The notes under the pieces: generated by a model
The model's database searches: none
The model's input: the letters and a program-made list of their open reading frames with translations, nothing else
Told to the model about the DNA's origin: nothing
In this document: piece after piece, positions 12,916 to 26,257 of the stretch
Layout: each line of letters begins with the position of its first letter
Position numbering within the stretch: position 1 is the stretch's first letter
Translations under genes and position numbers: made by a program
Source of the DNA: Squalus acanthias
Lineage: Eukaryota
Reading direction: 5' to 3'
Assembly: GCA_030390025.1 (NCBI GenBank)
Contig: CM059432.1
Location: forward strand, 99,760,001 to 99,824,000
Length of the DNA: 64,000 nucleotides

Positions 12916-12989
12916 GCGGGGGGCAAAAGTGTAGTGTGAAGGTAAGTGATGTGTGCAAGAGTGGAGAGGTGAGTATCTGAGGTAAGTGC

Positions 12990-13444
12990 AAAGTGTTAGT
13001 AAAAGAGTATTTACCTTTGTTTGTCCCAGCAGGCTTCAGTTGGTTTGTATGCGGAGAGTCTCGGACCTCCTTGTTGGAGATGACAGATGGCCATTGCATT
13101 CTCAGATGCAACAAACATCTCATTTCTGTAAAAGAAAGAAGTTTGATGAGGTCTTGAATTCAAGACCTCATCAAACTACAGCGAATGTCACTGTTTGACA
13201 GCTTCACAGAGCTGTCAAACGATGGAAATTCATCTGTCAAAAATTTTTGACAGATGAAACGTCATACGTTGACGTTCTCTGCAATCGGCTTTACCTTAAT
13301 TGGCCTGCTAAGCCCATTGGGCGGGTTAACAAGTTCAATCAAGAGAAAATAACGTGGGTTGGCCACAAATTGATGGAGGCGGGACATTGACCTGCCAAGC
13401 AGCAGTCCCGCCTCCAACATGCCCCCATTAACAAAATGGCCCCC
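12990..13444 (-). mobile_element. Left-end fragment of the MITE family seen at 30126-30969
   Basis: Reverse complement aligns by eye to 30126-30540 (gaggcgggactgctg, ccaatt.agg.aaagcc, ttgacagatgaatt, gctgtcaaaca.tgaca). Confidence 0.65.
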
Positions 13445-13691
13445 TAAGTTTTGGTTTGTTGCGCTTTTATGAATGTGAAAGTTGAGACAAGCAGCAGCAA
13501 GTGTAACAAAACAAATTACAAGTGAAAGAGTGTGAAGCCCAGGTATGAAGCCTGAAATGGGATTGTCAAAAAAAATGTAAAAAGAAAGGAAGCAAAAACA
13601 GGTCACTGCTATCAAAAGAAAAAGAAAGACTTGCCTTTCGTGACCTCAGGACATCCCAAAGTGTTTTACAGCCAATGAAGTACTTTTGAAG

Positions 13692-15156
13692 GGGGAGGTG
13701 CCTGAGGATTGGAAAATGACAAGTGTGACACCATTGTTCAAGAAAGGGTGTAAGGACAATCTTAGTAACTACAGGCTGGTCAGTTTAACATCAGTGGTGG
13801 GTACAGTTTTAGAAACAATAATCAAAGACAAAATTAACGGGCACTTGGAGAGGTTTAAGCTAATTAAGGAGAGCCAACATGGATTTGTAAAAAGCAGATC
13901 ATGTTTCACTAATCTAATTGAATATTTTGATGAAGTAACAGGGAGGATCAATGAAGGGAATGCAATGGATGTTGTCTACATGGATTTTAGGAAGGCGTTT
14001 GACAAAGTACCACATAGAAGGCTGGTTAATAAAATTGAAGCTCATGGAATAGGTGGGTCAGTGGCAGCTTGGATAAGGAATTGGCTTAAGGACAAAAAAC
14101 AGCGAGTTGTGGTAAATGGCTGTTTTTAAGACTGGAGGATGGTAGACAGTGGTGTTCCCCAATGGTCAGTGCTGGGGCCATTGCTTTTTTCATATATATA
14201 AATGATCTGGATATTGGAATACAAAGTAGAATTTCTAATTTTGCCAATGACACCAAACTTGGGGGTGTGGCAAACAGTGTGGATGATACCAATCGACTGC
14301 AACAGGACATAGAAAGGCTAGCAGAATGGGCAGACAAGTGGCAGATGGAATTTAATACAGAGAAGTGTGAGGTGATGCATTTTGGCAGAAGGAACAGGGA
14401 GAGGCAATATACACTTAATGGCACAGTTTTAAAGAGTGTGCAGGGACAGAGGGACCTGAGAGTTAATGTGCATAGGTCCCTGAAGGTGGCAGGACATATT
14501 GACATAGTGGTTAACAAAGCATATGTGATCTTGGTCTTCATAAATAGAGGTATTGAGTGTAAAAGTAGAGAAGTTAATGTGAATCTTTATAAAGCGCTGG
14601 TTAGGCCACAACTGGAGTATTGCGTCCAGTTCTGGTCACCACACTTTAGGAAGGATGTGAAGGCCCTTGAGAGGGTGCAGAGGAGATTTACCAGAATGGT
14701 TCTGGGGATGGGGGATCTTAGCTACAAGGACAGGTTGGAGAAGCTGGATTTGTTTTCATTAGAGCAAAGGTGGTTATGGGGTGATTTGATAGAGGTGTAC
14801 AAGATTATGATGGGTTTGGATAGGCTAGACAGGAAAAGGCTGTTCCCACTAATTGATGGTGCAAGGACTAGGGGGCACAGATTTAAAGTTTTGGGCAACA
14901 GATACAGGGGGGTTTTGAGGAAAAAAAAATTTACGCAGCGAGTAGTGAGGACCTAGAACTCGCTGCCGATGGACGTGGTGGAAGCGGACACACTCAATGT
15001 TTTCAAGGGGAGACTGGATAAGCAGTTGGGAAATAAACTTGCAGGGCTACGGGGATAGAGCGGGGGAATGGGACTGACTCGATTGCTCTGCAGAGAGCCA
15101 GCACGGACTCGATGGGCTGAATGGCCTCCTTCTGTGCTGTTATGACTCTATGACTA
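13692..15156 (+). mobile_element. 5'-truncated CR1 LINE (RT 3' half, stops/frameshifts) inserted in an inverted SacSINE1 tail (13620-13691, 15157-15187)
   Basis: RT ORFs 13686-14129 and 14162-14956; CTATGA-type tail; TSD TGAAG at 13687 and 15157. Confidence 0.9.
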
Positions 15157-15439
15157 TGAAGTATAGTCACTGCTGTAATGTAGGAACAGACAACTATTTT
15201 TATAATAATACTAATAGATCTCCTGTAGCATTACTAACACTGAATCAGAGTTATGGGGTTGAACTTGGTCTTTGACCATAGTGCTAAATGTGTGCTAGCA
15301 AATCGGCAGCCCATTTTATACCCCGCCCAATTTTCTTTTCTATTGGCTGCCAATTTGCTATCACCCATTTTGTGCCACCACCCAAGACCAATTTCAGCCC
15401 CATGATGTGCAAATAGGTGGAAGGTGGACATAAAAAAAG

Positions 15440-15630
15440 AAAGGCTTGCATTTATATCGGGCCTCTCACGACTTCAGGATGTCTCAAAGCGCTTTACAGC
15501 CAATGAAGTACTTTTGATGTGTAGTGACTGTACATAGGAGCAGAAGTAAGCCATTTGGCTGCTCGAGCCTGTTCCGCCATTCAACTAGATCATGGCTGAT
15601 CTGTATCTCAACTCCATCTACCCACCTTGT
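15440..15630 (-). repeat. SacSINE1 tail fragment followed by a CR1 3'UTR fragment
   Basis: ttgcatttatat...cagccaatgaagtactttt (SINE tail, reverse), then ataggagcag...gatcatggctgat (CR1 tail, reverse). Confidence 0.7.
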
Positions 15631-15804
15631 ACATCTCCAGTGGAATTATTTAGAAAGAAGATAAGAAAAATAATTTTTTAAACTTTCTGTAAGCAAGGAT
15701 TGTTTACAAATTCTCAGTATAAACAAAGTATAATATAAATGTTCTAATAAGCATCCATTCTGCTTCTCTCATTAGTCCCACTCTTCGCCAATGATTCGCC
15801 AGTA

Positions 15805-16738
15805 GAACATAAGAACATAAGAAATAGGAGCAGGAGTAGGCCATTCGGACCCTCGAGTCTGCTCCACCATTCAATAAGATCATGGCTGATCTTCTACCTC
15901 AATTCCACTTTCCTGCACTATCCCCATATCCCTTGATTCCCTTAATATCCAAAAATCTATCGATCTCTGTCCTGAATATATTCAACGACTGAGGCCCCAC
16001 AGCCCTCTAGGGTAGAGAATTCCAAAGATTCACCACCCTCTGAGTGAAGAAATTTCTCCTCATCTCAGTCCTAAGTGGCCGTCCCCTTATTCTGAGACTG
16101 TGACCCCTGGTTCTAGACTCCCCAGCAAGGGGAAACATCCTCCCTGCATCTACCCTGTCAAGCCCTGTAAGAATTGTGCATGTTTCAATGAGATCACCTC
16201 TCATTCTTCTAAACTCTAGAGAATATAGGCCTAGTCTACTCAATCTCTCCTCATAGGACAATCCCCCCATCCCAGGAATCAGTATCCTTCCTTAGGTAAG
16301 GAGACCAAAACTGTACACAGTACTTCAGGTGTGGTCTCACCAGGGCCCTATATAAATTGCAGTAAGATGTCTTTACTCTTATACTCAAATCCTCTTGTAA
16401 TAAAGGCCAACATACCATTTGCCTTTCTAATTGCTTGCTGTACCTGCATGTTAACTTCCAGTGATTTGTGCACAAGGACACCTAGGTCCCTCTGAACACC
16501 AACATTTCACAATCTCTCACCATTGAAAAAATACTCTGCTTTTCTATTTTTCCTACCAAAGTGAATAACTTCACATTTTTCCACATTATATTCCATTTTC
16601 CATGTTCTTGCTCACTCACTTAGCCTGTTTATATCCCCTTGAAGCCTCTTTGCATCCTTCTCGCAACTTACATTCCCACCTAGCTTTGTATCATCTGCAA
16701 GCTTGGATATAGTACATTTGGTCCCCTCATCCAAATCA
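15805..16738 (-). mobile_element. CR1 3' fragment with internal deletion near 16283
   Basis: ORFs 16007-16270 and 16251-16481 ([21 protein letters not shown]); (AACATAAG)n tail; close to 28393-29370. Confidence 0.9.
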
Positions 16739-17393
16739 TATTTTTTCAATAAAACTTCACCTCAAAAAAGGTTTTAAAATTCATCCTCCAGCTTGCTTTC
16801 AAATCATTTGGGAAAAAAACCCTCATAAATATTGTTATTGCCTGAGGAAAGTTGCACTTTCAGTTTTGTACTGAGAGAAATAAATCTTCATGTAAACAAT
16901 AATTGTTTTTAAATTTACAGTATGACCAAAATAAAGTACTGGTGTTCCAAACATCACCCTATGGGGTAGAAATTGATATGTGTTTTCCTCTTTTTTAATG
17001 TGTCAAAAGGGCATAATGTATACCAGCTCTGGGCCCAAGGTCCTGCGCCCGATATGCTGTTGTGACATGGTCACTGCCCGAATGGGCCGGCTTTCAGGTA
17101 TCCCTGGCGGCTGCCAGAAAGCAGCACTGGCCCAATTTAAATATTAAATAATAAGGGTGCTGTGGCTGTTGCAGGGCCCCTCTACAATATTTGGCAAAAA
17201 CCCCGTGTGCAAGCTCTGAAAGGTTTTTTTCTTTTTACAGAGGCCTAATTAGCGGTTTTTAAAGGGACTGCTGGAGGCTGCGGAAGAAACACAAAGGTAA
17301 GATTTCCAAACCTACCTGAAAGTGGATCCAGGAGGTGCAGCAGTGTTCCTCCTGGCTCTATATTAAAACTGTGGGACGCATTCCAGCTAATTA

Positions 17394-17730
17394 AATACTT
17401 TTTGAAGTGTATTTACTGTTGTAATGTAGGAAATGCAGCAGCTAATTTGTGCTCAGCCATCTCCCACAAACAGCAATGTGATTAATCTGATTTAGTGATG
17501 TTGGTTGAAGGATAAGTATTGGCCAGGAGATCTCCCCTGCTCTCCTTTGAAATAGTGCCATGGCAGCTTTTATGTCCACCTGAGAGGGCAGACGGTTTAA
17601 CATCTCATCTGAAAGACGGTGGCTCTGACAGTGCAGCATTCCCTCAGTTCTGCACTGAAGTGCCAGCCTTGATTGTGTGTTCAAGTCTTTGGAGTGGCGA
17701 GAGTGCTACTAACTGAGCCATAGCTGACGC
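17394..17730 (-). mobile_element. SacSINE1-like DeuSINE, degraded
   Basis: Reverse complement of the 6952/10776 SINE, including head (aactgagcca.agctgac) and Deu core. Confidence 0.8.
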
Positions 17731-20700
17731 CCATAGCATTGACAGCTTGGCCTTGAATTTATCAAGCAGCAACTCAGTGAAGCTTTTGCAGCTGTTTCAG
17801 TACTCTTCATAGAGCACTGGGTCCCGCTCATTGCTGTGACCAGAACTAGTGCTTACGGTGAGGGTGAGGGTGGATGCAGAATTGAGATTTTGGATGTGTA
17901 GATAGTGGCAGGTCTACAGAAGAAAGAACATTGAATTAAAAAAGTCAGGGAGGGAGCATCAGCAGCTACAAAAATGGAATCCAGCTAGGTGTGGGTGCAA
18001 CATTGCCCGTGGGTTGCTGAAATCATTTCTGAGGCTTAGGCATTTCTGTCAACATACTGTAAATGGAATTACAGGCTTACGCAGGCAATGTCTCTGCTAT
18101 TTTATTTCAAGAAGTAAATGATAATCCACCCACATCAGAATTTTTTAAATTTTAAATCAAAGACATTATAATATAATTTCTTCCCAGTCTGACTCTGGGT
18201 GAGGGGTGTCATGGTGTATGCACCGCATTGATTTTTAGAAAATTGCAATGTGATTGAACAGAATTTTTAGCGGCAAGAAAATTGGAATTGGGAGAAAGAT
18301 TGTTTTTTCATAGGATTGTTGAATAACAAAAGTAGAAAATAAGCAATTAGAAAGGAGAAAACCAAGGAAACTTAAACACTTAGCCAAGAAGGAAGAAGAA
18401 AATTGACTGACAACTCAGTTGTGCTGCAGACAATAAACTTCATTTTACAAGCAACAATTTTTCCATTTAGTAACCGTCAGCTCTTTAAACCTAAAGAAAA
18501 TATTTCACCAATTTAGCCAGACACAGTAACTATGTTCAGGAAATGATACAGAAAAAAAGCTTACATGAATGTTGCCTAGTATTAGTTCATCTATATTCAT
18601 TTTAGTTTTTCTAGTTATCTGACTTGCACAGGAACCTATCACCATATTTAAGAATCTTTAATTCAAACTACTGAAAATCCACAAGTAGCATTTCTGTTTG
18701 CCCAAAATGGAGTCCCTCTAAAAACACATTTACTTACCTATATCCTGAGAATTAAGGTGCAGATTGGCAAGAACCAAGTCTTAAATACCGTCAAAGTTTT
18801 GTAGGGATACCGCTGGCATTTAACTAGTTAAAACCAACTTATCAGCACAGAGCACTGGTAACCCACCCGCTACTTTCCAACTAGGGCCATCCTATGCCTC
18901 AGGGCTTGCGGGGTTATCTGGAGCTGAGTGCAAAGAATGTTAGCCCCTATTGACAGATATACCCTTCCTGGTCCCGTCAATGAGCTAGGCTGACTGGTCA
19001 ATCATTAAAAATATTTTTGAATAATGTGAACCTGACTAGCTCAGGCATCGCAATACCAAATGTGCTACAGAAGGTCAAGTCATTTTCAATATCTTATCAC
19101 CTGGCAAGTCATTTTGAAGATAAACTGATCCCAAAGAAAGCCTGCTTACTTTCCCTGAGCATCTTAGAAATATAAGGACCGAAAATGACTGGTCCTTTTG
19201 GTGCACTTCCACCGCAAGCCCCACGGGGTCATGCTGAAGGACTACAAATTAGGCTGGGACCTGGTCAGGGACCAGCTCTCCCCAGCAGTTTTTGTAGGGC
19301 CTTATAGAGGCTGAGCGTCTGCTTACCCCAAGCAAGGCCAGGAGCATAGTAGGAGTGAAGCGGGGGGAGGTGACTGAGGACAGGAACTTACTGGGACTTC
19401 TCGCATTCCTGGCTGGGGGGAAAGTCACTAGGCTGGTATGCTGCGTGGAAGCAAGCCAACGAATGGGAGAACTGTGGCCCACCTGGGGGTCCGGGCCAAG
19501 ATTCTGGCCTCCAAAGAAAGAAGAACTTTTTCAGGTACATTTTGGCCCCTCTACCCCGACCCAGCACTCGCTGTATTTTGCACTCTCCTAGAGCTGGCGG
19601 TTCCCTGAAATGTGCCCTCAGTCCCACCCAACTCTGGTGGGGTCAGCGCCTGAGGTCACAGGTGGGCACATTCGGTATGCACACCACAATGTCAAGCACA
19701 CAGATTTTCAGGCCCATATTTGATTGTTAGGCTACCAGAGAATATATTATCTTACTTATGTACATGGTTGCTTAGGTAAAGGTAAAACTAAAGCGAACTA
19801 AAAGCACTAAAATCAAAGCAACTATATTCACCTTCGAATCCCAACAGGCCTACCTCAACCTCAATGGTGGTTTTAGGCTTTACAATGCCCCAGCAAGAGT
19901 CACTGAGAAGGCCCCCTTTAAACTGTTCATGCAACATATTTTGAGATTAGTACAAGAATCTGCAAAATCCATTTAATCCCATCAATCTCAAAAACTAAAT
20001 ACATTTTCTGGTTCACAAAACTCACAGGATAGCTTTCTAACACGTTGAACTTTTGCCTCCTGTTACATTTACTGAAATTTTACTTTCAGGCAAAGGGGAA
20101 GGCAGCATTTAGGAAAGCAATGGGGAAAGAGTCTTCAGTCATCAACAGCTCCTGCAGTGACTGATGGAGGATTGACGGGACCTGGGAAACATGAATTGAA
20201 AGGGCTAATTCATGTTCTCTGTGCCTCTGACAATTGAAGAGTTCTGCTCCATTGAATACGTTAATGCTACCTTTCCCCACAGTGGGACATTGAATTAGGA
20301 AGCCATGAGATCGAGAGCCCTACCGCACTTTACGGTTCCTGGGCTCCTAAGAACTCAGCCTCACAATCTGCCTTCAGTTAACTAATTAAACTTATTTGTG
20401 ATGCATGATCAGAAGGCAAATGCATTTCTTGCTACACTGGGAATGTTGTCACTAGCTTTGTTGTTTTGTTTCTAAATAACGAAAGGTACAGCTCCAAAAA
20501 ATTGTTTGTCAACATTTGCTGATTAACGAAGGAGTCTGACTCTTGAGTTCAGCTATTTTTTTGAGCATGGTCTTCTCCAGAAACGTTTACCTAGTGCGTA
20601 GTTGTTGTGCATCTGTCTACTCCCCATACCCTTCATAAAACAGTGAAATTATTGCCACCATCTAATCATGCAGGAAGCTGACAGCTCTAAATCATTGATT

Positions 20701-21581
20701 AAACAGATGTGCTAGTCGGGTATGCCAAGAAATTTCCCATGAGTCATTGCTTTACAGCATCAATTAAAGATAACTTTTGCTTGTGAATTGAAAGCTGGCC
20801 ATTAAGAGATACCGGGGTAGTTTATCACTCGGTTTCAGGTGCATAAGCAACGACTCATGGAAAGCATGCGCCTTAACTGGGAGGCCGGAGCCTTCTGAAG
20901 CAGTTCGCTCAATGCCTAATGATTAATCTTAGGCCCCTTGTTTCGCTTGCAGTGGCCTTCAGGTAAATCCAAGGGATGGGGTGAGGGGAAGACAACAAGA
21001 GGGAAGTCGCTTGCAGCTGGGCAGCACTCCTGCTTCTCCTGGCTCTAGATCAAAGTTAAACAAACATTAACTTATCTTTCTGGTGGTGGACGCTTGCTAG
21101 GCCGCATCCACAACAGGAAATCCTGAGCAGAACGGGCCCATCACCTGCCCACTCAGCTTGGCCTAATTTCTTAGAAGGGTCCTAAAACAGGAGCTAGGCT
21201 GCCCATTAGCATATGCAAGGGACTTGGGGGAGAAATTCATTATAGCCCAGGAGTGGGCGCTAACTTTGGAAAAGTTTGAGATTTAGCGCCAGATGCTAAT
21301 GATTCAGAGTGCATGCAAAATTCAGTGTTAGCGCTCAAAGAAAGGACTGGAGCGCTAGATCAAGCACTAATGACCTAGCTCAGTGGCGTTGCACTCAAAA
21401 TGCTAAGCAATTTCAGGTGCCGTCTAATCACTAGTCGTCATTGCCACAGGCTCTTTCCAGTTCTTAAAGGGGAGGGTCAAATATGCTGCAGAACCTCATT
21501 CTCAGCACTGCTGGTTCTGCAGCTGTCTCAGCAAGCAGCAGAAGGCCAAGAAGAAACCGGACCACTGAAGGAGGTGTCATT

Positions 21582-23484
21582 ATGGCAGATCAATGGCCCA
21601 GGGAGAGAACTCGCAGATTCTGCGATCAAGCATTTGAGGCCTTGGTCTTCACTGTGGAGAGACGGAGGGCGGTGCTGTACCCAGCAAGTGGCAGGAGGCC
21701 CTCGCCGCAAGTCTTCCGTGCCATGTGGAGGGAGGTAGCCCAGCATGTCTCGGGCAGCACTGTGGTCCCCAGGACCCACACACAGTGCAAGAAGAAATTT
21801 AATGACCTCACTTGGGTGGTCAGGGTGAGTCAATGCTTCAACAAATGCTACATACCACCATCTGAACCTCAGTCTGCACACACTGCCCAAAGCACCACAC
21901 CCCCAGCACTCACCCACCAACAATCTCTACCTACCAACACTCACACCCACATCTCACACCTTGCACACAATGGCAGCTATTCAACTATGGCAGGCACATC
22001 TCCCAAACACAATGCTCCACACTCATTCAAACACTTAGCTTTCTCTTGCAGGCCAATGTTGCTCACAACAGGACGGAGCAGGAGCGCACAGGCGGGGGAC
22101 AACCTGACACCCAATCACATTCTGAGCTGGAGGATAGAGTGCTACAAATTATTGGGTGCCAGGTGGTGGGTGCCATGGCCACCAGTGGCGTTGACCCCCT
22201 TGGGGACAACAACAGTATGTTCATCCCTACTCCTTCTTCTCACATCCCACTTCCCCCTCACCCTACAAGCCTTTCCCACTTTCCAGCTAATCATATTGTA
22301 TACATGCCTTTCTCCCTTCCTGCACCTCCTCCCCTCACCTTAACGCGACTCTTGTGCGTTTATGCTTTCAGTTAGCGAACAAGCAGCTGAGCAGCCTGTC
22401 CCTGAGGGTACCATAGAGAGCGAGGCGGAAGAAGAGGAGGAGGAAGAACACACCGCATCACTGCATGTCTCACCCGCAGGCACCAGCTCAGATACAGGCA
22501 CTACGCATTCTTTAGAGGCTAGTATAGTAGTGGGATCTACACAGGGTGATGCACCAGGAACGAGCAGGCTGCAGCAAGGCCAGGGGGAAATGGTAGCTCA
22601 GGAGCCAGTTCCCCGGAGGGCGAGTTCTCACGCGAGTTCTGCTGCGCAGGACTCAGATGAGGACCTCAATGGGGAGGCGTTTAGAAGAAGAGTGATGGGC
22701 ATGCACATGGAGATAATAGGTGCAATGGCAAGGGTGCCTGAAAGCCTGTCGACAATGGTAAGGAGTATGGAGGAGTCCGCCTCCAACATTGCACAGAGCT
22801 CTGCGCACACTGAGGGGCCCATCATTTGCAGTCTGCAAAGGATGGTGGACTCCCAGAGAGACCGTGGTGACCCAAACCTGTTGCCACGTATAATGGGTGA
22901 TCTGGCAGCTTACATTTCAGCACAGGCGGATGCCACGCAATGTCTTACTGCTGTAATGCAATCTATGCTTCATGACATCCAATCTCAGACTGCTCTCATG
23001 CAGTCTCAGCTTGATGCCACGCAAGCTCTGACTGCTGCCATCATGGCTGGGTTGACCACCATCCACCGAGGCTTTCACGATGTCGCAGCAGGCCAGCAAT
23101 CTGTGCTCCAACAGATTGGTAGTGATGCTGAGGTGCTGCCCCGGGGGAGTGGCAGTGGGTCAGTGGAGCAGGAACCTGCTGTCCTCTCTCAGGATGACAG
23201 CATTCCTGCTCCCACCACTGCCATTACGCCATTGCCCTTGTCGCTACCTGTCATCCAGCCAGTCAGACTGCTGCTGCCCATGCTGAGGTGGTGCAGTCTA
23301 CAGCTGAGCCTTCCAGGCCCAGAGCTGGTTGAGGGTGTCCTGCAAGGCCATCTGAAGTCTCCCGCACGGACACTCAGCAGCCTTCCACCAGCCCTGCTGC
23401 AGCCACTGGGCCAACACTTTGTAGGAGCACTAGAGTAGGCAAAGGCATTGTAACGAGAGGCACTAAGGGATTGCACAAGGGTGA
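21582..23484 (+). pseudogene. Harbinger Myb/SANT gene, exons 21582-21824, 22052-22214, 22372-~23484; frameshift near the 3' end
   Basis: MADQWPRERTRRF...W...QCKKKFNDL; GT-AG introns in phase 0 and 1 give a continuous frame into ORF 22362-23438. Confidence 0.85.
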
Positions 23485-23652
23485 AAGCAAATATTGTTGT
23501 TGTAAATATGTGCTCACTAATTATTGATAAATTTATTAATTGGCTTTGGATGATTTTGTGGTGTCTCTCAGTTCAGCTTTGTGCTGTGATATGGCCTGCG
23601 ACAGGGATGGAATGATGGGGATGTAGTGAGCAACGGGGATCTGGGGTTTAAT

Positions 23653-24724
23653 TTATTGGAACCGCAGTCTGATAAGGCAGTCACAGACCACCCTTCCAGC
23701 AGGCTGATTGAGTGGCTTTCTCCTCCCTCGCTCCTGTTCCTCCTCCTCCTCCTCCTTGTCTTTCTCTTCCTCCTCCTCCTCTCCCTCTTCCTCCTCCTGA
23801 GGTGGGCCCACAATCCCTGTTGGCAAGGGCTGGGCCCTCATGATGGCCAAGTTGTGGAGCATGCAGCAAACCATGACGAAATGGGACACCCGCTCAGCCG
23901 AGTACTGGAGGGCTCCTCCCGAGTGGTCAATGCAGCGGAACCATTGGTGGAGAGCGGATAGCCCTTGTCTCCGACCAGCCAGCCGTGAGCTTGATGTGGT
24001 GGCTGGAAGAGTGCTGGCACACCGGTCTGGCACAGGATGAAGGCATCATGGCTGCTGCCCGGAAAGCAGGCATTCATTTGAGGATTCGCTGTCTGTGGTC
24101 GCACACCAACTGCACATTAGGTGAGTGGTAGCCTTTGCAGTTACGGAAGATCTCAGGATTGTTATGCAGTGCCCGCAAAACCACATGGCTGCAGTCAGTG
24201 GTGCCCTGCACCATGGGGAATCACGCTATCCTGGCAAAGCCACATGCACGCTCGTCCTGCTTCTCTCTGGTGATGGGGAAGGAAATGTAGTCCCTTCTCC
24301 TACTGTAGAGAGCCTCTGTGACATCCCGGATACAGCAATGGATGCCGAACTGCAAGATGTTAGCTATATCTCCTGTTGCAGACTGGAAGGATCCGCTGGT
24401 GAAGAAATTGAGGGTGACGGTGACCTTGACTGCCACTGAGAGAGCCGTGGTCGCCCTGATATGAGGCTGGAGGTCTGGTTGCAGGAGGTGGCAGAGTTCG
24501 GTGACCACCTCCTTGCTGAAGCGGAGCCTTCTAAGACACTGCTCCTCACTTAATTGGAGGTAGGAGAAGTGCTCTCACAATACCCTCAGAGGGTAAGGCT
24601 TCCTGTTGAGAGCCCTCATGGCCCTTCTCCTCCCTCTGGCCACATGTTCCAGTCTTTCTCGCTGCCTCTGCTCCCTCTGCCATAGACCGTGGAGGGCGAG
24701 GTCGACTGCCAGTACAGTGCCCAT
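23653..24724 (-). pseudogene. Harbinger DDE transposase, frameshifts and internal deletion
   Basis: [36 protein letters not shown] spread over several frames; segment between GYPLST and QWFRC is missing. Confidence 0.9.
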
Positions 24725-26257
24725 TAATGTAACCAAGTGTAGCACTTTGATATCTTGTCAGAATAAAAGTCACTAATTTTGAGTAGCCAGAACACTCCTG
24801 AAAGTAAAAAACCTTTAACTGGCTCAATTAAACTGTTGTACAATCTCAAACTGACAACGCAGCAGTGAAACACCACTAACCTGTCAGATGTGACTGATCC
24901 TTTAAATAGCGCCCCTGGAGCCGCCATCCGCCTGCTTCACGCCTCCTCCCCCTGTCATTGTCTGGGCGAGGCGCTAAGGCAGGGATTGATAATCAATTTG
25001 GCAGATCGGGCGCTCAGTGAGCGTTGCACTTTCACTGACATCATGATCTGCCTGGCGCTAAAGCCCCAGGTGCTAACTGTTAGCAGCAGCGCTAAGGGGC
25101 AACTGGATTTGGCGTGCGGCGCTGGGTTCACCTCGCCCCGGCACTACTGCATTAGCACCCCGTTAGCACCCCGCCAGGTGCTAATGGGAGGCGCTTACGA
25201 ACTGCATTTCTCTCCTTAATGTCTGTTTTAGGTGGCCACCCCAGACGCCGGAAAATATTTTTTTCTCCTGTTTTCTGTGCAGAAAATGGACACAAGGAGG
25301 ATTTCTACCTCATAGGACATGTTTCTGTTCGAAACAGTTCCAATATACTTTGTATGCTATTCATTGCACCATCTTCCTTAGTCTTGTGCTCCCAACCCAT
25401 CCCCTCTGAACAACCCTACCACCCTTACCCGGTCTGGCCTATATATGACTCCAAACCCACAGCAATGTGGTTGACACTTAACTGCCCTCTGAAATGGTCT
25501 AGCAAGCCACTCAGTTGTATCAAACTGCTAGGAAAAATAATAAGAATAAAACCGGATGGACATCCCGGCATCAACCTATGCATCGGATTCATACATGGCA
25601 AAGGCACACCCAGCCCAGTCAACCCTGCAAAGTCCTCCTAACTAACATCTGGGGAATTCTGCCAAAATTAGGAGAGCTGTCCCACAGACTAGTCAAGCAA
25701 GAGCCTAACGTAGTCATACTCACAGAATCAAACCTTTCAGACAACGTCCCAGAATCCTCCATCACTATCCCTGGGTATTTCCTGTCCCACCGGCAGTACA
25801 GACCCACCAGAGGTGGCGGCACAGTGGTATACAATAGGGAGGGAGTGGCCCTGGGAGTCCTCAACATTGACTCCGGACCCCATGAAGTCTCATGGCAGCA
25901 GGTCAAACATGGGAAAGGAAACCTCCTGCTGATTACCACCTACCGCCCTCCCTCAGCTGCTGAATCAGTAATCCTCCATGTTGAACATCACTTGGAAGAA
26001 GCACTGAGGGTAGCAAGGGCACAGAATGTACTCTGGGTGGGAGACATCAATGTCCATCACCAAGAGTGACTCAGTAGCACCACTACCGACCGAGCTGGCC
26101 GAGTCCTGAAGGTTATAGTTGCCAGTCTGGGCCTGTGGCAGATGATAAGAGAACCAACACGGGGGAAAATCCTACTTGACCTCGTCCTCACCAATTTACC
26201 TGTCGCAGATGCATCTGTCCATGACAGTATTGCTAGGAGTGACCGCCGCACAGTCCT

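Larger units (their letters stand above)
21226..25215 (+). mobile_element. PIF/Harbinger transposon copy H2 (family A), near full length, decayed
   Basis: Left end GGGGGAGAAATTC, right end GCATTTCTCTCC; Myb gene (+) convergent with transposase (-); GCGCTAA-rich subtermini. Confidence 0.9.

Noticed and set aside
16963..21225. Several GC-rich patches with Harbinger-like ends (16963, ~19177-19715, ~20814-21225)
   Set aside because: Probably old MITEs, but paired TIRs and TSDs could not be fixed by eye, so they are not annotated.
21483..22343. 286-aa ORF as a single-exon gene (similarly 37400-38044 and 55461-55967)
   Set aside because: Reads through intron 1; conserved GT-AG sites in four copies show that only the first ~80 codons are coding in this frame.
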